This document shows positions 17,275 through 23,104 of a stretch of 64,000 nt of DNA, piece after piece; positions within the stretch are counted from its first letter, which is position 1, and each line of letters opens with the position of its first letter. The stretch spans positions 72,983 through 136,982 of the forward strand of contig JACPMK010000002.1 in NCBI GenBank assembly GCA_016186115.1, given 5' to 3'. This DNA is from Candidatus Wildermuthbacteria bacterium (lineage in GTDB: Bacteria > Patescibacteriota > Minisyncoccia > Minisyncoccales > UBA10102). Below the pieces are notes generated by a model. The model was given only the letters and a program-made list of their open reading frames with translations, was not told the DNA's origin and did not search any database. The translations under genes and the position numbers were made by a program.

Positions 17275-17302
17275 ATTATACCCCCCTAGGGTATGGTGTC
17301 AA
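17275..17302 (-). promoter_or_regulatory. Consensus promoter with an embedded CsoR-type operator; probable leaderless csoR transcript
   Basis: Minus sense reads TTGACA-CCATACCCTAGGGGGG-TATAAT-GGGGTA-ATG. The pseudo-palindrome ATACCC-N5-GGGTAT spans the spacer and the -10. Only 6 nt separate the -10 from the ATG. Confidence 0.65.
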
Positions 17303-17314
17303 GAGTCCAACGGC

Positions 17315-18163
17315 TTAGTTTTTCTTTGCCCGAAGGAGAAAGAAAGAGAATATCCCCAAGATGAGAAAGCCCCAGACAATGTCGGGAATCTTCGCGAATA
17401 TTCGCAAAAGATCTTGTGACCACTGAGCAAGAGATGTTCCGATTTCGGCTTGGAAAGACGGCGCCCAGAATGCGTTTCCCGTAAAAGCAAGCATAAGGAG
17501 CGTAATTCCAATCGCAAAAAAGAGAATGCCGCTGAACAGATTGGTGGAGTGGATGAAGAATGATCTGTCTGCAACTTTGATGTTCCAGACCGTTCCCTTG
17601 ATGATTCGCGATTTATCGAGCTGAAATTTGTCGTAGAAATACGCGGCGATAAACAAGGGAAAGGTCATGCCGAATACATAGGCAAAAACCACAATGAGGG
17701 CCTTCCAGAATACTCCCGAAATGACTGCCAATGTTACTGCGCCAGCCAATACGGGCGCGCAGCAGGAAGTTGCAGCTCCCGAAAATATGCCGAGCAGGAA
17801 TACCGATTTTGCGTCGCTCCCTGTCTGCCGCATGGCTTTTCGGGGCATCGGGATGAAAGAGAGTCCTTTGCCGAGCACCGCAAGAATGGCAAGCAAAAGC
17901 ATGAGAGTTCCTCCAACAATATAGAGTTCTTTGTGAAAACTCTGAAATACTTTTGCCAATCCAGCAGCTCCCAAGCCAATAGGGATAAGAATGAGTGCGA
18001 TCCCAGCAAAGAATACAAACGTCATCCGCAGGATATTATTTTTTGCCCGAAATGTGGATCCGAGATATGCAGGCAAAAGCACGGTGATGCAACAGGGCGC
18101 AAACAATGCCACCATTCCAGCAAAAAACGAGGCGATAATGGATGCGCTGAAAATGAAATCCAT
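17315..18163 (-). CDS. CcdA/DsbD-family thiol-disulfide transmembrane protein
   Basis: Paired Cys motifs sit in TM helices (FAPCCITVLLP and ATSCCAPVLAG), and the protein is polytopic. Confidence 0.8.
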   Translation of the reverse strand: MDFIFSASIIASFFAGMVALFAPCCITVLLPAYLGSTFRAKNNILRMTFVFFAGIALILIPIGLGAAGLAKVFQSFHKELYIVGGTLMLLLAILAVLGKGLSFIPMPRKAMRQTGSDAKSVFLLGIFSGAATSCCAPVLAGAVTLAVISGVFWKALIVVFAYVFGMTFPLFIAAYFYDKFQLDKSRIIKGTVWNIKVADRSFFIHSTNLFSGILFFAIGITLLMLAFTGNAFWAPSFQAEIGTSLAQWSQDLLRIFAKIPDIVWGFLILGIFSFFLLRAKKN

Positions 18164-18173
18164 GTAGGTGTTT

Positions 18174-18695
18174 TTATCTGGTTACGTTTGCTCGGAAATT
18201 AAATTCTACTTGCGGCGATACAGTCGAATTGGTTTCAAGATATACGGCGCGTTCCGCAAGGCCGACTCCAGAAGGCCCATGGGCTGCCGGGTCAAACACT
18301 GCCTCAATTGTTACCGTTGTTCCCGGAGCTACCACAATGTTTGTTTTGCCGCTCCCTGCATGACCCGGCATGCCAAAGGCCCCGTGGCGCTTGCCCGAAG
18401 CATCTTTGACATATGCGTTTGTACACATGCAAGAGGTGTATACCTTTTGAATCGTAACGGGATCCGTTCCTTCGTTTTTCAGCTCAAATTGATGCGATAC
18501 ATTTCCATTTTGCATTGCGATCGTGCCGAAATCAAAGTTTGTTTCTGCCGCAGCAAGCGCGCTGGCAGATTGCGTATTTGTATTTGCAGCGGTCGGGCGA
18601 ATATTGTCTCGGCTTGTGAAGAGCAAAGCAGCAATTCCCACAACAAACACAACCACAGAACCGTAGAGAATTATTTTTTGCATTGTTTTGTTCAT
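18174..18695 (-). CDS. DUF1573-domain exported protein
   Basis: FDFGTIAMQNGNVSHQFELKNEGTDPVTIQKVYTSCMCT matches the DUF1573 pattern. I moved the start to ATG 18695 (or 18683) because the ORF-track start lies inside a terminator hairpin. Confidence 0.75.
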   Translation of the reverse strand: MNKTMQKIILYGSVVVFVVGIAALLFTSRDNIRPTAANTNTQSASALAAAETNFDFGTIAMQNGNVSHQFELKNEGTDPVTIQKVYTSCMCTNAYVKDASGKRHGAFGMPGHAGSGKTNIVVAPGTTVTIEAVFDPAAHGPSGVGLAERAVYLETNSTVSPQVEFNFRANVTR

Positions 18696-18705
18696 AGATT
18701 TGGTA

Positions 18706-18737
18706 TAAGAAAACGCCCACTCAATATTGAATGGGCG
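18706..18737 (-). terminator. Intrinsic terminator after the 151-aa membrane gene
   Basis: Minus sense reads CGCCCATTCAATATTGAGTGGGCG followed by TTTTCTTAT. Confidence 0.6.
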
Positions 18738-18769
18738 CATAGCTTAGTTACAACGATTCATGACCGTGA

Positions 18770-19225
18770 CTACCGAACGGTACTTTCTTTGCTATGCAGC
18801 CCTGCAAAAGGAAACGGGTCTCGCTTTGTGTGAAGCGCGATCCATTGGAGAAAAGAGCGATTACTTTTTGCATAGATATCAAAAATTTTCTGCGCCTTGG
18901 ATCGCGAAAAAAGCGATGCGAGAGAAAGTATTCTTTCCAGTATGCTTTTTGCAATGATAGAAAAAACGATGAGAGCAAGACCAAGCGTAAAAGAAATTAA
19001 CACACCAGAAAAAATTCCTTGAGTGAGCATTTGAAATTGCGAGAGATGGTGCAAAACAATACCAAGAGTATTTTTTAGAGATGTACAATCATTGCTCGAT
19101 AAGGCCAACAAGGGGCAGGCGTAACTGCCGTCATGTGAAAGCGTAGCCAATCCCGCAATATTTGCTATTGCAGCAAGGGCAAGGAATCCTGCCAAAGTTC
19201 CTATGAGAATACGTTTCATATGCAT
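18770..19225 (-). CDS. Hypothetical membrane protein (151 aa) with Cys and His-His motifs
   Basis: It has an N-terminal TM, then SYACPLLALSSNDC, LHHL and a second TM. Terminators flank it on both sides. Confidence 0.55.
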   Translation of the reverse strand: MHMKRILIGTLAGFLALAAIANIAGLATLSHDGSYACPLLALSSNDCTSLKNTLGIVLHHLSQFQMLTQGIFSGVLISFTLGLALIVFSIIAKSILERILSLASLFSRSKAQKIFDIYAKSNRSFLQWIALHTKRDPFPFAGLHSKESTVR

Positions 19226-19266
19226 ATGTACTGTACCATTTTCTTGTTTGATTGTATACTGTGGCG

Positions 19267-19306
19267 ATATAAAAGGAGGGGATAACTCGTAACGAGCTAT
19301 CCCCTC
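19267..19306 (-). terminator. Intrinsic terminator / possible attenuator
   Basis: The 14-bp stem GAGGGGATAGCTCG/CGAGTTATCCCCTC is followed by CTTTTATAT. The one imperfect pair is G-U only in the minus-sense RNA. Confidence 0.7.
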
Positions 19307-19380
19307 TCTGGCCGATGAAGGTTCGGACTCGGGCGCGAGCCTGCCTCACTTCTTCGGAATCGTCTCCGGCGAGATTTTCT

Positions 19381-19464
19381 TCAAAGAACATCACCTCCTT
19401 TCTGTGTGAAACAGCATGGTAATTCAACAGGATGTTCTCGGTTACACAAAGGACACAGTCCCAT
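19381..19464 (-). CDS. Cys-rich mini-ORF (27 aa)
   Basis: The SD GGAGGTGA sits 6 nt before the ATG. Translation: MGLCPLCNREHPVELPCCFTQKGGDVL. The terminator 19267-19306 lies ~75 nt downstream. Confidence 0.35.
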   Translation of the reverse strand: MGLCPLCNREHPVELPCCFTQKGGDVL

Positions 19465-19517
19465 TGTTCACCTCCCTCTTTTTTCTTTTTATCACATCCA
19501 TATGTCGTGTCAAATAC

Positions 19518-19546
19518 TTGACGAGGCACAATCCAAGAGTTATAAA
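19518..19546 (+). promoter_or_regulatory. Candidate promoter of the stand-alone small unit
   Basis: TTGACG-N17-TATAAA. Confidence 0.55.
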
Positions 19547-19596
19547 TTTTATATGCTGGACAAGAAAGTTCCAGCATAAAACAAGGAGGTGGCGGA

Positions 19597-19788
19597 ATGG
19601 CAAGAAGAGGTTATAATAGATTTAAAGTTATGGAGGGGGTTTCTGCTTGGAATGACAAGCCAGTCATTCCAGGGCTCAGTGAGGAGTCGACAGAGGAGAA
19701 GAAAACGGATAAGAAACGAGGAATTCGTTTTTGGTTCCTCTCTATCCCAAGGATTGTAAGGGAGCTGTTCGTGGGTCCCTCCCCATAG
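19597..19788 (+). CDS. 63-aa orphan ORF (alternatively a structured sRNA)
   Basis: AAGGAGG lies 7 nt before the ATG. Translation: MARRGYNRFKVMEGVSAWNDKPVIPGLSEESTEEKKTDKKRGIRFWFLSIPRIVRELFVGPSP. Strong internal helices are described in the findings. Confidence 0.4.
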   Translation: MARRGYNRFKVMEGVSAWNDKPVIPGLSEESTEEKKTDKKRGIRFWFLSIPRIVRELFVGPSP

Positions 19789-19825
19789 AAAATCCCACCC
19801 TTTGACATTCTAAGATGCTCTTCCG

Positions 19826-19865
19826 AGCCGGGACACTACGATCGGTGCTCCCGGCTTTTATTTTT
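19826..19865 (+). terminator. Intrinsic terminator
   Basis: The stem AGCCGGGA...TCCCGGCT is followed by TTTTATTTTT. Confidence 0.8.
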
Positions 19866-19954
19866 GCCAGTAATATATTTTTATTAATATTGTATACCAC
19901 GAGTATAGTATTTTCTTGCTATAGCATGAAAACATTATATCGTCATGTTTATTA

Positions 19955-19985
19955 AAAAGGGTAGCTTTTGATTCGCTACCCTTTT
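19955..19985 (-). terminator. Intrinsic terminator overlapping the stop of the 96-aa ORF (bidirectional shape)
   Basis: AAAAGGGTAGC-N9-GCTACCCTTTT. The TAG stop sits in the stem. Confidence 0.7.
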
Positions 19986-20266
19986 CCTTTTGGTACGGTA
20001 AGTTCAGTTGCCCTTTTTAGATTTTCGAGGAATTCCTCAAGCGCTGGATCGCGACGAATTTTACCTTGCAAGAGTTTTTGCTCTGTCTCGATTAATTTCC
20101 TAGGAATGAGTTTCCCAACAAGACGCACTTTTGGAATTTCCCAAGAACCCACGATTCCCCCGTCGTATTCTTCCTTCCCGAGAGTAATGCGGGGATCCGT
20201 TGCTTTCAGTATGGCTTCTTCTTCAGAATTCGCCAAAACGAAACGGAAATTTCGAATTCCGATCAC
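19976..20266 (-). CDS. Hypothetical protein (96 aa from GTG; possibly 105 aa from an upstream AUC)
   Basis: This is an ORF-track ORF with no recognised motif. The start codon is problematic (see findings). Confidence 0.5.
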   Translation of the reverse strand: MIGIRNFRFVLANSEEEAILKATDPRITLGKEEYDGGIVGSWEIPKVRLVGKLIPRKLIETEQKLLQGKIRRDPALEEFLENLKRATELTVPKGKG

Positions 20267-20381
20267 CAGAAATAACTGCTTTTTCGTGTCGATGACAGTT
20301 GCCTCCTTTGTCTTGTCCTATTTGGCTGTCCCTCCTGAACAAAATCCGAACTTTTTACCAAACGAATCTCGACAACTGACC

Positions 20382-20463
20382 GCCTCCGCTTCGCTCGGCG
20401 CGGCGCAGGCGGACAAAATTCCTTTCCCCAAACCCCTTTCCTTTTTGCCCGCCCGAGCGAGGC
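20382..20463 (-). other. 82-nt GC-rich imperfect hairpin capped by a 25-nt homopurine mirror repeat
   Basis: The inner stem is GGCGGGCAAAA/TTTTGTCCGCC. The loop is AAGGAAAGGGGTTTGGGGAAAGGAA. The outer helix is GCCTC+GCTCGG / CCGAGC+GAGGC. It lies 23 nt downstream of tRNA-Gln. Confidence 0.5.
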
Positions 20464-20485
20464 TAGAAACGCAAACTTTACAAAT

Positions 20486-20560
20486 TGGCTGCGGGGCCAG
20501 GACTCGGACCTGGAATTTCTCCTCCAAAGGGAGACGTGTTACCAATTGCACCACCCCGCA
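20486..20560 (-). tRNA. tRNA-Gln (UUG), CCA encoded
   Basis: Hand fold: acceptor TGCGGGG/CCCCGCA (U1-A72), D arm GTGC-AATTGGTA-ACAC, anticodon arm TCTCC-CTTTGGA-GGAGA, T arm CCAGG-TCCGAGT-CCTGG, discriminator G, then CCA. Confidence 0.93.
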
Positions 20561-20564
20561 ATTA

Positions 20565-21248
20565 TTATGATTCTGATTGTAGGCCAATTCCTTCAACCCA
20601 TCCAGAAATTTTTCTTGTTAAGTCAGAGCTTGCAGAAACTTTTATGCGTATAAGCCCATGATAGGTTTCTCCTATGTTTTTCCTATGCGGTTGAAAATTT
20701 GGTCTTTTGAAATAAACTCGAATATATTTACTTTTTATATGAAGTTGTCTCCCCCACCATACTATTGCTTCTTTCCAAGTTGCATTCTCGTGAATATAAA
20801 GTTCGTATATAAGTTTTCCTTTTGGAATTTTGAAAAATTCTTGAATCCAACTTTGAAAAAACTTAATCATCGTACAATCAGAATTCGAGAATTTTACTGG
20901 GGTTGATCTGCCGTATTCTTTTTCTTTTGATCCCTCCGCCCAGTACAATGCAACACCTATAAGCCAACGTTCTCTTTTAGTTAGGAATTTTATATTACTT
21001 GCTGTTGTATGTTTGATCTGTTGCCATTTTTGTAACCTCTTCAGGTGGAGCGTTCGAGCTCCTCTAAGCGCTGCAGCTAATTTTTTCTCGGTTAGTCGCT
21101 GTTTTTGTTTTTTGCTAAGGTGTACGCTTTTTAACCATACTGAAAGCGTTGATTTCGACACGGGGATTTTTGCCAGAATTTCTCGATAAGATAGACCTTG
21201 TTTCCTTAATTCGACTGCCCGTTCTTTTTCTTTTATTCTTTTGATCAT
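20565..21248 (-). CDS. HTH domain fused to a LAGLIDADG-like (homing-endonuclease-type) domain
   Basis: The N-terminus ELRKQGLSYREILAKIPVSKSTLSVWLK reads as an HTH. LIGVALYWAEGSK followed by VKFSNSD...IKFFQSWI resembles the LAGLIDADG core. The stop lies 4 nt from the tRNA-Gln 5' end. Confidence 0.65.
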   Translation of the reverse strand: MIKRIKEKERAVELRKQGLSYREILAKIPVSKSTLSVWLKSVHLSKKQKQRLTEKKLAAALRGARTLHLKRLQKWQQIKHTTASNIKFLTKRERWLIGVALYWAEGSKEKEYGRSTPVKFSNSDCTMIKFFQSWIQEFFKIPKGKLIYELYIHENATWKEAIVWWGRQLHIKSKYIRVYFKRPNFQPHRKNIGETYHGLIRIKVSASSDLTRKISGWVEGIGLQSES

Positions 21249-21303
21249 GAACCACGATTTATATTTACTATATTGTACTACCGTGGTTCGGATTATGCAA
21301 GAG

Positions 21304-22410
21304 CTAACGTAATCCGCACGATTCGATGATTGCCAGTTCCAAAGGAAGTTGGACGATGCTGGAGTATTTCATTTTGTTTTCCGCTTCCATAAACGAGAAA
21401 AGAACTTTCGGAAGCATTGTTGCGTCAAATCCTTTTGCCTGCTCTGCGATTTTCTGTTTCTGCTCTTCGGTAAAATCATCGAGCATATTCTGGAGTGTCG
21501 GGTTTACCTGCACCACCAGAACATTCCGAAGATACCTCACTGCATTTTTTGCAAATTCCAAGGGATCCATCCCCTTCTCTAAATTTTCATTAAGAAATTC
21601 GATTGCCTTTGCCGCATCTTTTTTAACGAGCAAATCAACAAATTCACTCACAATCGAAGCATCGACAACGCCGAGCAATTCTTTCACGAGATCTGCCGTG
21701 ACTCCTTCTTTTTTACCAAAACTAAGATGAAAAGTCAAAATCTTGTCAAGTAAGGTGAGCGCATCCCGCAGAGAACCTTGCGCATTTGCCGCGATAAGCT
21801 CAAGAGCGGATTTTTCAATCGGCACATCTTCTTTTTCTGCGATGAGCTCCGTTTCCCGAACTATCTCCGCGAGCTTCAGTTTTCGGAAATCAAATTTCTG
21901 GCAGCGCGACAAGATCGTCGGAATCATTTTGTGCGCCTCGGTGGTAGCCAGAATAAAAATCGCGTGTGCGGGCGGCTCCTCGAGTGTTTTCAAAAGCGCA
22001 TTTGCTGCTTCTTTGGTAAGTTGGTGCGCCTCGTCAACAATATATACTTTGTACTTGAGCATGGTGGGGGCAAAACGAATCCCCTCTTTCAAGTCGCGCA
22101 CTTCATCGATTCCGCGGTTTGAGGCGGCGTCAATTTCGATGAGATCGATTGCCCTGCCCGAATTGATTTCTTCGCAAGAGGCGCAGCGGTTGCAGGGCTC
22201 CCCCTCTTTTTGATCGGAGCAGTTTATTGCTTTGGCTAAAATCCGCGCAATGGTGGTTTTGCCGCTGCCGCGAGGGCCAGCAAAAAGATACGCATGCGAA
22301 CATATCCCAAGCGCGAGTGCATTTTTGAGCGTGGTGACGACGTGGGTTTGCCCAACCACTTCAGCGAATGTCTTTGGGCGATACTTGCGATAGAGGACGA
22401 GATTGGCCAT
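21304..22410 (-). CDS. dnaX: DNA polymerase III subunit gamma/tau
   Basis: MANLVLYRKYRPKTFAEVVGQ, GPRGSGKTT, a CxxC zinc module and VYIVDEAHQLT are present. I trimmed the start to ATG 22410. Confidence 0.9.
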   Translation of the reverse strand: MANLVLYRKYRPKTFAEVVGQTHVVTTLKNALALGICSHAYLFAGPRGSGKTTIARILAKAINCSDQKEGEPCNRCASCEEINSGRAIDLIEIDAASNRGIDEVRDLKEGIRFAPTMLKYKVYIVDEAHQLTKEAANALLKTLEEPPAHAIFILATTEAHKMIPTILSRCQKFDFRKLKLAEIVRETELIAEKEDVPIEKSALELIAANAQGSLRDALTLLDKILTFHLSFGKKEGVTADLVKELLGVVDASIVSEFVDLLVKKDAAKAIEFLNENLEKGMDPLEFAKNAVRYLRNVLVVQVNPTLQNMLDDFTEEQKQKIAEQAKGFDATMLPKVLFSFMEAENKMKYSSIVQLPLELAIIESCGLR

Positions 22411-23044
22411 AGGTTGATTCTTGATGCCGGAACACAATAAATTTATACCCCAAGAAATTCCAAGTAAATACCACAATCGTTCCTCCGATCGCTCCCACGA
22501 TTGCCCAGAGATTTGGACTTATCCCAAACTGGGGTTTCATGATATTCACGATCAAAGAAGCAGTTCCAACGTTCAAGAGAAAACCGATCACGCTTACGGT
22601 AAGAAATTGCACAAATTCTGCTCCGGTATGCTTGACGCGTATTGCTTCTGTTTCTTTTTTGAATGTCCAGAATTTATTCCATAGATAACTGTTTACTACT
22701 GCAGCAGAAAAGGAGATTCCTTTGAATACGGAATACGTAATCCCCTGATTGATTTCGGTGAGCAATATAAAGATAGTAAGGATCCCAATATCAACAGCAG
22801 TATTCGAAACGCCTACCAGTGCGAATTTTGCGGCTTGAAAAACGAGAGGAATAAATTTGCCGATTTGCTTGGCGACGAAGATGCCTATAATAGAAAGGAG
22901 AGGAAAGATAATGAACGCAGCTTGAGAATATGGAATAAGATCGCTTAGTTTTTCTTTTACGTCGGGATTCTGAAGAATAATAAAAGAAAACACTGCGATA
23001 AGAAATCCTATAGCAGCAGATGCAATAATATCTTTTTTATTCAT
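22361..23044 (-). CDS. GtrA-family membrane protein
   Basis: KFALVGVSNTAVDIGIL, NSYLWNKFWTF and FLGYKFIVF are present. I prefer ATG 23044. The gene overlaps dnaX by 50 nt. Confidence 0.75.
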   Translation of the reverse strand: MNKKDIIASAAIGFLIAVFSFIILQNPDVKEKLSDLIPYSQAAFIIFPLLSIIGIFVAKQIGKFIPLVFQAAKFALVGVSNTAVDIGILTIFILLTEINQGITYSVFKGISFSAAVVNSYLWNKFWTFKKETEAIRVKHTGAEFVQFLTVSVIGFLLNVGTASLIVNIMKPQFGISPNLWAIVGAIGGTIVVFTWNFLGYKFIVFRHQESTYGQSRPLSQVSPKDIR

Positions 23045-23104
23045 ATAGTTAGAGTATACCACACAACAATAGAAAAGAAAAAAGTCATGTGATACAATAT
23101 TACA

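Noticed and set aside
19131-19577. ORF-track 148-aa ORF on the minus strand.
   Set aside because: It crosses an intrinsic terminator, overlaps the next gene by ~95 nt, and begins inside a promoter-proximal hairpin. The SD-preceded 27-codon ORF in another frame explains the region better.
20318-20596. ORF-track 92-aa ORF on the minus strand.
   Set aside because: It overlaps tRNA-Gln and the GC-rich structured element. No SD or motif.
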